Shown here: piece by piece, positions 17,271-26,057 of the stretch
How positions within the stretch are numbered: the first letter of the stretch is position 1
Layout of the letters: every line of letters begins with the position of its first letter
Source: a virus
Taxonomy: Duplodnaviria; Caudoviricetes
IMG/VR virus record: IMGVR_UViG_3300028569_000039
Coordinates: 1-61,329 of that record
DNA: 61,329 nucleotides
Reading direction: 5' to 3' (one strand)
The notes under the pieces: generated by a model
Database searches by the model: none
Seen by the model: the letters and a program-made list of their open reading frames with translations, nothing else
What the model was told of the DNA's origin: nothing
Made by a program: the position numbers and the translations under genes

Positions 17271-17320
17271 GGTCTCATCAGTGCCAGCATCACTGGCATA
17301 CGCCTCGCGGCGTTTCGACC
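17271..17320 (-). ncRNA. Type II hammerhead ribozyme 1
   Basis: GGUC-GAAA-CGCC(GCGA)GGCG-UA^UGCCAGU(GAU)GCUGGCA-CUGAUGA-GACC. The catalytic core is complete. Confidence 0.9.
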
Positions 17321-17324
17321 TGTA

Positions 17325-17648
17325 CTACGCGTACTCCCTTGCTGTTATGAATTGAAAGTACTCAGGATTGAATTCACCCCACTCGGCGGCCTTGTCGCCG
17401 ATTAGTGAGCCAGCCATGATGTTGAAATCATACACTGCAATGCAGTCCTGATCCAGTGCCGTGGCCAGCACGCCCACGTTACCAGTGTGATATGCGTAGT
17501 GGATAATGACTGTTGGCTCGTCGCCGTCGGTGCTGATACGCACCTGCTGGACTCCTGATACAAACTGCAATGCCTTGGCCAGTGTTTGCTCTACTGTATT
17601 ATAGCCGCCTGTGAATGGGTTAGCTAACCCGATATTGATAGTGTACAT
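17325..17648 (-). CDS. Hypothetical early protein flanked by two hammerheads (start MYTINI)
   Basis: AAGGAG RBS. EPTVII...LDQDCIAV...WGEFNPEYF. Confidence 0.75.
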   Translation of the reverse strand: MYTINIGLANPFTGGYNTVEQTLAKALQFVSGVQQVRISTDGDEPTVIIHYAYHTGNVGVLATALDQDCIAVYDFNIMAGSLIGDKAAEWGEFNPEYFQFITAREYA

Positions 17649-17663
17649 AGTGCTCCTTGTGTT

Positions 17664-17715
17664 GGTCTCATCAGTGCACGCATCACGTGCATACCGTGTC
17701 GCCACGGTTTCGACC
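17664..17715 (-). ncRNA. Type II hammerhead ribozyme 2
   Basis: GGUC-GAAA-CCGUG(GCGA)CACGG-UA^UGCACGU(GAU)GCGUGCA-CUGAUGA-GACC. Stems covary with copy 1. Confidence 0.9.
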
Positions 17716-17717
17716 TG

Positions 17718-17885
17718 CTATGAGTTAAGCCACTCATCATACGTTTTTAATGGCTTACCGTTTGTAATTGAATTGCCGTTGCCGTCATCGGCGCAAGCTA
17801 AGTAAATTTGGTACTCTTGATCGTTAGTACCACGCATTTTGGTTTGCCAATCTGCGCTTAATAATAAACTGTCATTATCTTGCAT
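17718..17885 (-). CDS. First early gene, 55 aa (not in ORF track)
   Basis: MQDNDSLLLSADWQTKMRGTNDQEYQIYLACADDG...KPLKTYDEWLNS. AGGAG RBS. Confidence 0.75.
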   Translation of the reverse strand: MQDNDSLLLSADWQTKMRGTNDQEYQIYLACADDGNGNSITNGKPLKTYDEWLNS

Positions 17886-18061
17886 GGTATAGCTCCTGTT
17901 ATTTGGTTAGTACTGCCTCGAGCGCACTGGTGTACAATGCGCTCTGAGCATTACTATCTATTAGCATACGCAGGGATGAATACCTGCACCGGTTCTGCCG
18001 GCTCCCCCTTATTTATCGCGGTTGGGTTTGCGTACTGCAACTGCTTTACTACCATGACTCT

Positions 18062-18090
18062 ACTATAACGACCTTTGGAATGGATGTCAA
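18062..18090 (-). promoter_or_regulatory. Host sigma70 early promoter
   Basis: TTGACA-17 bp-TATAGT at the head of the small-gene operon. Confidence 0.8.
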
Positions 18091-18316
18091 CAACTATTTA
18101 ATACTTGACTGGACTGTGGGGTTTTGTGGGATAGTGTGGGTTTGCTGGTGATCTCTATGCTGTTGTATTCTCGCCCACCCTCCAATTTGCCCCTCGCGTG
18201 CGCATCGCCTCCTAGCCCTTATGCTACCTCGAAGACTAGAGATCGTCACCTACTTGATACCTACCCCTCAACTCTAGTCAGCTCGTCTCCTAGGTGCCTT
18301 AAAACGCGCCCAATCC

Positions 18317-18784
18317 GTCAATAGGTGTTTACCCTAATAGCCAGCTAAGTTAGTCGCCACTAAGTTAATGCACCAAAATGGTGCACGCGCCAGCTTGGCG
18401 CCGTGTCACGTTGCTGTGTTGTTATCTTGCCACAGTGTTGCGTGCATACAACAGAGCTGACGTATGCACCACATTGGTGCACTAACTTAGTGGCTACTAA
18501 CATCATGCACCACATTGGTGCACGCGCCTGCTTGCCTCGGCAGACAGGGTGCTGGGCGCGGAGTCAATAGGTGTTTACCCTAGGTGTTGTGCCAGCGCAA
18601 CACTGGACTGTTGGGCTCGGCATACAGGGTGCTGGGCGCGGAGTCAATAGGTGTTTACCCTAGGTGTTGCGCGCATACAACAGTGTGGCAAGATAACAAC
18701 GCCGCAATCTGACGCGAGCCTGCGTTTCACAATGTGAAATGCGTTACCACAATGCGGAACAGGGGGTGTTGTTTTTAAACCACA
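18317..18784. repeat. Non-coding array of repeated operator-like palindromes (includes 3 NtrC-consensus boxes)
   Basis: TGCACCA-N3-TGGTGCA x3, GTCAATAGGTGTTTACCCTA x3, TGTKG-N8-CMAC(A/G) x6, TTAGT-N4-ACTAA x2, CACAATGYG x2. 46-bp direct repeat at 18544/18624. Confidence 0.8.
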
Positions 18785-18944
18785 CTACCCAATTTGGGTC
18801 CTGTCGGGGTTGGGCTTGGTGGCCCCATGCCAGACCCTAAGTTTGTGAAATTTCCCGGAAACACAGACCCTAAATTTTTTTTTATAAACTAGGGCGGAGA
18901 GGACCTACTACATGTAGTAGGTAGGGGCACTAAAATCACTAGAA

Positions 18945-19056
18945 TGACAGGGTGTACAGGGTAGACACGCCTTTTTACTCTTTTTTAAATTTTTTTTAAA
19001 AAAAAAATAAATAAAGTATGGAAAGAGTGAAATAAGCCGTGCTACCCTGTCTACCC
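18945..19056. repeat. Origin-like element, copy 2
   Basis: Near-identical to 12782..12892. Confidence 0.8.
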
Positions 19057-19085
19057 TTGACAAACCTGCTTTATTTGCACTGGAA

Positions 19086-19117
19086 GGGCGACAACCCCTG
19101 GTTCTTTGTATTATTAT
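19086..19117 (+). promoter_or_regulatory. Phage promoter GGGCG-N14-TTTGTATTATTAT (terminase operon)
   Basis: Exact consensus. ATG follows after 4 nt. Confidence 0.8.
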
Positions 19118-19121
19118 GTGT

Positions 19122-19430
19122 ATGAACAAATACGTATACCAAATCCAAGGCGCCCTGGAGAGTAGGCAAGGGCAGTTCTTGGGGCTTCGTGTCCTGGTGT
19201 GCGATGTGTACCACTTTGATTCGGTTGATATACCTGTAGAGGTACTAGATTCAGAAACCGCAAAGTATTTACAGTTCAGGCTTTCTATTACGGCGGAGAC
19301 GGTCAACATAGCAAAACTGCCGGTTGAAATTCAAAATAGGATACGCGCGCCGTTAGGGCGATGGCTGGACCACTGGGTCCTAGATAATTTTTATGGCGAT
19401 AACAGCAAACACAAAGATACTAACGCTTGA
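19122..19430 (+). CDS. Hypothetical protein
   Basis: First ORF of the plus arm. Confidence 0.7.
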   Translation: MNKYVYQIQGALESRQGQFLGLRVLVCDVYHFDSVDIPVEVLDSETAKYLQFRLSITAETVNIAKLPVEIQNRIRAPLGRWLDHWVLDNFYGDNSKHKDTNA

Positions 19431-20385
19431 TTACTGGAAGCCAGCGTACAAGCTGGAGGTAGGTGACTATGTCTTTGATCGTAAGGGCAACATAGTCCAG
19501 GTCAAACTAGCACAGCAGTACCAAGGCATCCGCTGCTATGAGGTCATGTTCAACGACTACCTGACCGTGGAAGGTGACGCCAACCTGGCACTACCCACAG
19601 AGAACCCCAAGTACCGCAACCGACTGGTAACGTACAAGGGCAAGCTGCAGTTTAGGCGCCCGCTTAAGTCTCTGACAGCAGAAAAGCTGCTCGATACCCC
19701 GCTCCTAGACGAGCGTAACCGAAAAACAATCTCGGTTCCCACCACAAACCCCCTGGCATTACCCCACCAAGACCTACCAATCCCGCCATTTGTCTTTGGC
19801 TTCTGGTTCTTTGCCCGTAGATCCACTGGCAGGATGGCCGCGGCCAAGGGAACGACCGAGTTTGTGGTCCAAAGATTCAAAGACTATGGCTACAAAGTGG
19901 TTATGGGCCCGCTAATTAACACTGGCGAGCGTGAGTTTAGCGTAAAACCGACGGTTGAGTCGCAGTTAATCCCCAGTATCCCTAAGATCATTACCAACAA
20001 CTACCTGTTCTCGTCCCCAGAACAGCGCCAAGACCTGCTTTCTGGCATTGTCTGCGCAAAAAACAGGCGTTACAACAAGAGAAAGGACCGTTTTCGGTTT
20101 TCTTCTCGCCAGTACGACACCGTTCGCCGCGTCCAGCTCTTGGCAGAGTCCCTTGGCGGGCGTTCTAGCATACAAAACGACCCAAACAGGAAGAACTTTA
20201 CGGTTTTCTTTAAGATCCGCAGCACAATTCACCCTGAACAGGCCTCGCCAAGCATAAAAGTCCACCATGGACGGCGCTATATCAGCAAGATCAGCGAGAT
20301 CCCGACCCAGCTCTGCGTGCACATTGAGACAACGGGCGAGGATAACACCATTCTAGTCGGGGAGGGCTTCATACCGTGTCTTTAA
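19393..20385 (+). CDS. Free-standing degenerate intein homolog (Hint + LAGLIDADG-like)
   Basis: AITANTKILT..W...LEVGDYVFDRKG, CYEVMF, QRQDLLSGIV, VQLLAESLG, ISKISEI...CVHIE...ILVGEGFIPCL. No terminal His-Asn. Confidence 0.7.
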   Translation: MAITANTKILTLDYWKPAYKLEVGDYVFDRKGNIVQVKLAQQYQGIRCYEVMFNDYLTVEGDANLALPTENPKYRNRLVTYKGKLQFRRPLKSLTAEKLLDTPLLDERNRKTISVPTTNPLALPHQDLPIPPFVFGFWFFARRSTGRMAAAKGTTEFVVQRFKDYGYKVVMGPLINTGEREFSVKPTVESQLIPSIPKIITNNYLFSSPEQRQDLLSGIVCAKNRRYNKRKDRFRFSSRQYDTVRRVQLLAESLGGRSSIQNDPNRKNFTVFFKIRSTIHPEQASPSIKVHHGRRYISKISEIPTQLCVHIETTGEDNTILVGEGFIPCL

Positions 20386-21821
20386 CAACAAAACAAGAGG
20401 CCATCCTTAAGAAATTTGCCGAGGAGCGCAAGAACTGGCCGCAGCAACAGCTAGATGCCGCCATCTGGCGCATCAAGTGGAGCCTACAAGCGCTGCCACA
20501 CCAAAAAGAACCAGAGGATGGGGAGTATGACACGTTTCTTATGCTTGCCGGTCGTGGATCGGGCAAGACTCACACGGCCTCTCACTGGATTGGCATTCGT
20601 GCTTGGCTGTATGACAACACCCGCTGGCTCGTCACAGCTCCCACCTCAAACGATATACGTGCAACTTGTTTCGAGGGGGACTCTGGACTTATCAGTATCA
20701 TTCCCTCGTCACTTATCCGTGATTACAACAAGTCACTCTTTGAGATTACCCTCACCAACGGATCCATCATCCAAGGTATTCCAGCATCCGAACCAGAACG
20801 GTACCGTGGTAAGCAGTACCATGGGGCCTGGTTCGACGAGCTGTGTGCATTCGATTACATCGACGATGCCTACGATGGCGTACAGTTTACCCTCCGTCTT
20901 AAGGACCCGCGAATCCCCCGGGTGCAGCAGATTATTACCACCACTCCCAAGCCCAAGGAACTGATTGTAGACCTTAACGAGGGCAAGGTAGGGGGTGATG
21001 TATACGTAGCCAACGCGAGCTCCTACGACAACCGTGCGAACCTCTCAGAGACCTTCTTTAAGCAGCTAGAGACATACGAGGGCACCGACATTGGTAAGCA
21101 GGAGATCTACGGCGAGATCTTGGATCCAGAAGCAGCCGGTATCATCAAGCGTAAACATTTCCGCATGTGGCCAGCAAACAAACCCACTCCCGTCCTAGAG
21201 TATGTGATTGCCTCGTATGACCCGGCGACCAGCGAGAAGACGGTAAATGACCCTACTGCCTGTACGGTCTGGGGTGTGTTTGAGAGGGAAGACGCTGGGA
21301 CCTCTGTCATACTGTTAGATGCATGGGACGCGCACCTGTCGTACCCTGAGCTGCGCCGTAAGGTGATTGACGACTTCAAGGAAGTAGTCTATGGGGCAGA
21401 CAATGACTTCGGTAAGGGCAAGAAGGCCGACCTAATACTGATGGAAGACAAGTCTGCCGGTATCTCGTTGATCCAAGAACTCCAGGGCGCTGGTGTCCCT
21501 GTCCGTGGATACAACCCAGGCCGCGCGGATAAGATCCAGCGTATCAACATCGTGGCACCGCTCGTGGTTAAGGGCAAGGTGTTCATCCCCGAAGAGCCAA
21601 GCAACCCAGGCGAGTACGCCAACTGGGCTAAACGCTTCATGAGGCAAGTTTGTTCATTTCCGGAGGCTGGGGGCCATGACGACTACGTTGACAGCCTCAG
21701 CCAAGCCCTACGCGTCCTCAGGGACTCTGGCTGGCTGCAGCTTGATCCGCTGCCTGCTAGGGACTATGACTACGCTGACGACGACTCAAACAAGAAGTTT
21801 AGCAATCCCTACGCACAATAG
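20376..21821 (+). CDS. terL: Terminase large subunit
   Basis: AGRGSGKT, WFDE, YDPA, EDKSAG, HDDYVD. Confidence 0.92.
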   Translation: MSLTTKQEAILKKFAEERKNWPQQQLDAAIWRIKWSLQALPHQKEPEDGEYDTFLMLAGRGSGKTHTASHWIGIRAWLYDNTRWLVTAPTSNDIRATCFEGDSGLISIIPSSLIRDYNKSLFEITLTNGSIIQGIPASEPERYRGKQYHGAWFDELCAFDYIDDAYDGVQFTLRLKDPRIPRVQQIITTTPKPKELIVDLNEGKVGGDVYVANASSYDNRANLSETFFKQLETYEGTDIGKQEIYGEILDPEAAGIIKRKHFRMWPANKPTPVLEYVIASYDPATSEKTVNDPTACTVWGVFEREDAGTSVILLDAWDAHLSYPELRRKVIDDFKEVVYGADNDFGKGKKADLILMEDKSAGISLIQELQGAGVPVRGYNPGRADKIQRINIVAPLVVKGKVFIPEEPSNPGEYANWAKRFMRQVCSFPEAGGHDDYVDSLSQALRVLRDSGWLQLDPLPARDYDYADDDSNKKFSNPYAQ

Positions 21822-21852
21822 GGCGGAAACGCCTCCATTCTTGTATTATTAT
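21821..21852 (+). promoter_or_regulatory. Phage promoter GGGCG-N14-CTTGTATTATTAT
   Basis: Exact consensus. Confidence 0.8.
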
Positions 21853-21859
21853 AATTAGA

Positions 21860-23041
21860 ATGGACATTTTAAAGACTCCCCACCAAAAGCTGCTCGAAGA
21901 GGCAGGCGCCGTCCCTGCGTCACCTGGGATGGTCCACACCCCCAAACAAATGCTGATGCAAGAGTCTGGCATCATGCCACGGTTTGCTCCAGGTGGTAAA
22001 GTAGCCAAAGGCGCTTTGTCTTTGCTTCAAAAACAAGCAAACAAGGCTAAGTATCTTAAAGATACCAAAGTGGTTGATTACAACGGTAAACCAATTACCA
22101 TGTACCACCACACAACAGATTTTCAAGGTGATGCCTTTGATCCAAAATTAGTGCAACAAAAAGATCAGGGATACCATGGTCAAGGCATGTATTTTGGCGC
22201 GGACGATTATTTAAAACGCAGCGCGTTCGGTAAAAATAGCACCGGAAACGTTGCTGGGCAAGAAGGTTTTGAAGAAGGTTCTCAAGTAATGCCTGTTAAC
22301 TTGTCAATTAAAAATCCAAAATACATTGATGTAGCAGACCAATCATTGTACGGAGTTCCCTCGGAAGAATTAAAAAAACAAGGATACGACGGCGTTATTG
22401 TTACCCGTGATGACTCATTTAAAAATGCAATGGGCCGGGTTGTTCCAAGACAAAAAGTTTACAATGCGGTTGCCTTTGAACCAACGCAAGTTAAATCTGC
22501 AATTGGTAACGAAGGAACTTTTGATCCATTAGACCCTAGACTGTCAAAAGCAGAAGGTGGTCATATATCAGCCGAAGATATGCTGGCTGAGCTAATCTAC
22601 CGCGGTCAAGCCCCACAGCATTTTGCAGAGGGTGGTCGTGCAGAAAGAATGAGCCCAGAGTTTCAGGCTTTGCTGGATAAACTTTACAGCCAGCAAATTT
22701 ACAGCGGCGAGTTGCCCCCAGAGCCTACGTTCCAAGCGCAACCAGTTACATTGACATCCCGCGCCCGCGATGCAGCAGCCTCGTTAATTGGCGACTTACC
22801 AGCCGACAGATTGTTTGGTACAGGATCAGAAGGCCAAAAGATAGAGTACTTGCCCTTACAATTTTTAAACCCGATCAGTGCTATTACAGAGACGATCAGT
22901 GCAGTTCCAGAAACAGCAAGGCAACTACATCAGGGCGATCTGATGGGTGCCGGCTTTACAGCAGGCGCTACAGGACTTGGAGTCCTACCGTTCTTAAAAC
23001 CGATTAAAAGCGCTATCAAAAAGTTAAAACCTAAAAAATAA
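21860..23041 (+). CDS. Putative virion protein with an ADP-ribosyltransferase-like (polyvalent-protein type) module
   Basis: KVVDYNGKPITMYHHT...GQGMYF...VMPVNLSIKNP...KQGYDGVIV...FEPTQVKSAIGNEGTFD, bounded by AxGG motifs. Confidence 0.6.
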   Translation: MDILKTPHQKLLEEAGAVPASPGMVHTPKQMLMQESGIMPRFAPGGKVAKGALSLLQKQANKAKYLKDTKVVDYNGKPITMYHHTTDFQGDAFDPKLVQQKDQGYHGQGMYFGADDYLKRSAFGKNSTGNVAGQEGFEEGSQVMPVNLSIKNPKYIDVADQSLYGVPSEELKKQGYDGVIVTRDDSFKNAMGRVVPRQKVYNAVAFEPTQVKSAIGNEGTFDPLDPRLSKAEGGHISAEDMLAELIYRGQAPQHFAEGGRAERMSPEFQALLDKLYSQQIYSGELPPEPTFQAQPVTLTSRARDAAASLIGDLPADRLFGTGSEGQKIEYLPLQFLNPISAITETISAVPETARQLHQGDLMGAGFTAGATGLGVLPFLKPIKSAIKKLKPKK

Positions 23042-23044
23042 TTT

Positions 23045-25801
23045 ATGGCACAACCAATACTACCGATGCAAACCGGCGCTAACCTACCTGGCCTTGAGAA
23101 AGAGCAGGACCTGGAACTGGCGGCGCAACAAGATGCAGAGATGGACTACTACGAAGAAGCGCTTGGACTTGAGCCAGGCGACGTAGAGCAAGAGATCATC
23201 GAGCAGGAAGATGGATCGGTCGTAGTTAACTTTACACCAAAGGCATCTCCCAAAGAGGCGCCAGAGTTTTATGCCAACCTAGCCGAAGAGTTGGATGAAG
23301 AGATCCTAGAGGGACTAGCACAAGAATATTTAGATTTCATTGACGTCGACCAAGAGTCACGCAAGCAACGAGACAAACAGTACGAAGAAGGACTTCGTCG
23401 CACTGGACTCGGCAAGGACGCGCCCGGAGGAGCCACGTTTGACGGAGCTTCCAAAGTCGTCCACCCTGTTATGGCTGAGGCATGCGTTGACTTTGCTGCC
23501 TCATCCTCAAGAGAATTACTACCGCCCGATGGCATCGTGCGCTCTAACGTTAAGGGTAAGGCAGACCGTCTCAAGGAAGAGACAGCCGCTCGTAAGGTAG
23601 ATTTCCTAAACTGGCAGCTCACAGAACAGGTCGCTGAGTACCGCGACGAGATGGAGCAACTCCTTACTCAGTTACCCCTTGGTGGTTCACAGTTCCTCAA
23701 GTGGCGCTGGGAGTCAGAGCAAAAGCGTCCTACCTGCGAGTGGGTGCCAATTGATAACATCCTCCTGCCTTACGCATCAACCAACTTCTACACAGCACAG
23801 CGTGTAACTGAAGTACAAGACATTACAGAAGACACATTTATGCAGCGCGTGTCCGCTGGCATCTACCGCGACATTGATACCGAGTATTCATCAGATGCGC
23901 CACTTACTGAGCAAACTCAGTCACAAAAAGCAAACGACAAGATTGAGGGCAAACAAGAGCCATCTAAAAACATTGATGGTCTGCGCCGTGTCTACGAGAT
24001 TACCTGCTTCATGCGTTTGGATGACGACGCAGAGACCGGCGGCGAGCGCGCCCCGTACATCCTAACTATCGACGAGACAACAAGCAAGGTCATTGGACTC
24101 TACCGTAACTGGGAAGCCAACGACGAGAAAATGGAGAAGCTGGACTGGTATGTCGAGTTTAAATTTATTCCTTGGCGCGGCGCCTACGCAATTGGTTTGC
24201 CTCATCTCATTGGCGGCCTTGCTGCTGCTCTTACTGGTGCTCTACGTGCTCTACTCGACGCTGCGCACATTAACAACAGCCAGACGCTTCTTAAGCTCAA
24301 AGGCGGCCGAATTGGAGGCCAATCGGATCGCATCGAGCCAACGCAAGTCGTCGAAATCGAAGGTGCGCCGGGAGTAGACGACGTACGTAAGTTGGCTATG
24401 CCAATGCCGTTCAACCAGCCGTCCTCTGTATTGTTCAACCTCTTAGGCTGGCTGACAGACGCAGCTAAGGGCGTAGTCAGCACAGCAGAAGAAAAGATTG
24501 GCCAGGCAAACAACAACATGCCGGTTGGTACGGCACAGGCTCTGATCGAGCAAGGCGCTAAGGTATTCTCAGCAATCCACTCCCGCCTGCATCGTAGCCA
24601 GGCTAAATCTTTAGCAATCGTATCCCGTATTAATCACTGGTACCTGGATGAAATGGACAACCAGTCCGGCTCTGAGATCCAGGTTCGTGACTTTGCATCA
24701 AACAACGACGTACGCCCAGTATCCGATCCTAACATCTTCTCTGAGACACAGCGTGTTGCACAGAACCAGGCTTTGTTGCAAATGGCTACGTCAGCCCCTC
24801 CCGGGATGTTTGACGTACGTGCAGTCTATCGCCGTGTCTTAGGTCAGCTTAAGATCCCCGCGATTGACGAGGTATTGCCAAACCCACTGGGAGCTAAAGA
24901 GTCTAACCCTGCGCTAGAGAATGTTGGTATGACAATGGGCCGCCCAGCCGCTGCCTACCCAGACCAAGATCATATCTCACACATTAAGATCCACTTGGCA
25001 TACGCCAAAGATCCAGCGTACGGATCCAGCCCAGTTATTGGGCCATCGTTTGCACCGCATGCCCTGGAGCACATCAAGCAACACTTGACACTCCACTACC
25101 TGCAGTCCATGCGCTCGTACGTGGCACAGGCAGCAGGCGGCCGCGATACACTGGAACTGCACCAAGAGAAGCCGCTAAACCTAGAAGCGCAGCAGGCACT
25201 TGCACTGGCATCCGACATGGTAACACAAGACGCGCAGCAGTCTATGCAGGCGTTTATTCCTGAGATCCAGGCATTGGCCCAGAAGGTACAGCAAGCCGTA
25301 CAAGCACAGCAACAGCAGATGGCTAACGCCGACCCAACGGCACAGGTTATCCTCAAGACCCAGATGGCCGAGACACAGCGCAAACAGGCTGAGTCCCAGG
25401 CACGTATGCAGCTTGATGCAGAGAAGTCTAAGCAAGACTACCAGCTGCGTATTGCTGAGTTGCAGCGCCAGGTTGCCGAGCTGGAGACTAAGTACCAGAC
25501 CCAGAGCGCAATCGACTCAAACAAGAGCACGACACATATCGCACTGGCAGACGTCAACAACGCCTCCCGCGAGCGAGTTGCTGCAATCAACGCACAGGCC
25601 GGCCTAACAGCCGACCAGATGGCAATGGCACACGAGCAAAACCAGACAGCGTTCCAGGCATCTAACGCGGCGCAGCAAGAACTAACACGCCACGGTCTGG
25701 ACATTGAAAAAAGAGCATTTGAGCAACAAGCCGCACAAACCCAAGAGCTGCTAAGAGCAGCAGCCGCGCAACAACCACCAACTAACCCAACAGGAGTGTA
25801 A
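23045..25801 (+). CDS. Portal protein (P22-like, long C-terminal coiled coil)
   Basis: Position after TerL, 918 aa, GASKVVHPVMAEA and KVDFLNWQL motifs, Q/A-rich tail. Confidence 0.8.
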   Translation: MAQPILPMQTGANLPGLEKEQDLELAAQQDAEMDYYEEALGLEPGDVEQEIIEQEDGSVVVNFTPKASPKEAPEFYANLAEELDEEILEGLAQEYLDFIDVDQESRKQRDKQYEEGLRRTGLGKDAPGGATFDGASKVVHPVMAEACVDFAASSSRELLPPDGIVRSNVKGKADRLKEETAARKVDFLNWQLTEQVAEYRDEMEQLLTQLPLGGSQFLKWRWESEQKRPTCEWVPIDNILLPYASTNFYTAQRVTEVQDITEDTFMQRVSAGIYRDIDTEYSSDAPLTEQTQSQKANDKIEGKQEPSKNIDGLRRVYEITCFMRLDDDAETGGERAPYILTIDETTSKVIGLYRNWEANDEKMEKLDWYVEFKFIPWRGAYAIGLPHLIGGLAAALTGALRALLDAAHINNSQTLLKLKGGRIGGQSDRIEPTQVVEIEGAPGVDDVRKLAMPMPFNQPSSVLFNLLGWLTDAAKGVVSTAEEKIGQANNNMPVGTAQALIEQGAKVFSAIHSRLHRSQAKSLAIVSRINHWYLDEMDNQSGSEIQVRDFASNNDVRPVSDPNIFSETQRVAQNQALLQMATSAPPGMFDVRAVYRRVLGQLKIPAIDEVLPNPLGAKESNPALENVGMTMGRPAAAYPDQDHISHIKIHLAYAKDPAYGSSPVIGPSFAPHALEHIKQHLTLHYLQSMRSYVAQAAGGRDTLELHQEKPLNLEAQQALALASDMVTQDAQQSMQAFIPEIQALAQKVQQAVQAQQQQMANADPTAQVILKTQMAETQRKQAESQARMQLDAEKSKQDYQLRIAELQRQVAELETKYQTQSAIDSNKSTTHIALADVNNASRERVAAINAQAGLTADQMAMAHEQNQTAFQASNAAQQELTRHGLDIEKRAFEQQAAQTQELLRAAAAQQPPTNPTGV

Positions 25802-25802
25802 T

Positions 25803-26012
25803 ATGGCCGATAATAACTTAAAAGGCTTTCGTCAGACTTACCAAGAGACCGGCACGCTATCCAGCGGCGGCGGTCCAGAGGACAAAAAACTAGACGCAGG
25901 AGCCTCTGGTTCCAAGCGTTCTAACAACGCAGCCAAAGGTAAACCAGCTCGCTCGAGCAAGGTAGGACCAGATAAGAACCTAAAAGACATTGGCGGCGGT
26001 AACTTTTATTAA
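25803..26012 (+). CDS. Small low-complexity protein
   Basis: AGGAG RBS. Confidence 0.65.
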   Translation: MADNNLKGFRQTYQETGTLSSGGGPEDKKLDAGASGSKRSNNAAKGKPARSSKVGPDKNLKDIGGGNFY

Positions 26013-26021
26013 TACAATTTG

Positions 26022-26053
26022 GGGCGGATTTTCTAGCTCCTTTGTATTATTAT
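26022..26053 (+). promoter_or_regulatory. Phage promoter GGGCG-N14-TTTGTATTATTAT (head operon)
   Basis: Exact consensus. ATG follows after 4 nt. Confidence 0.8.
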
Positions 26054-26057
26054 AAGT

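Noticed and set aside
17252-17705. Long N-termini given by the ORF track for 16985..17299 and 17325..17705
   Set aside because: The extensions run through the hammerheads. Strong RBSs support starts at 17251 and 17648.
18395-18700. Sigma54 promoter served by the NtrC boxes
   Set aside because: No TGGC-N7-TTGC with correct spacing was found by eye.
18317-18784. CRISPR array
   Set aside because: Repeats are of several types, irregularly spaced, without unique constant-length spacers. No cas operon is present (DUF2800 is a solo Cas4-like nuclease).
20370-20390. prfB-like CTT-TAA frameshift fusing the intein-like ORF to TerL
   Set aside because: A +1 shift enters a short closed frame. TerL is in the -1 frame and there is no slippery heptamer.
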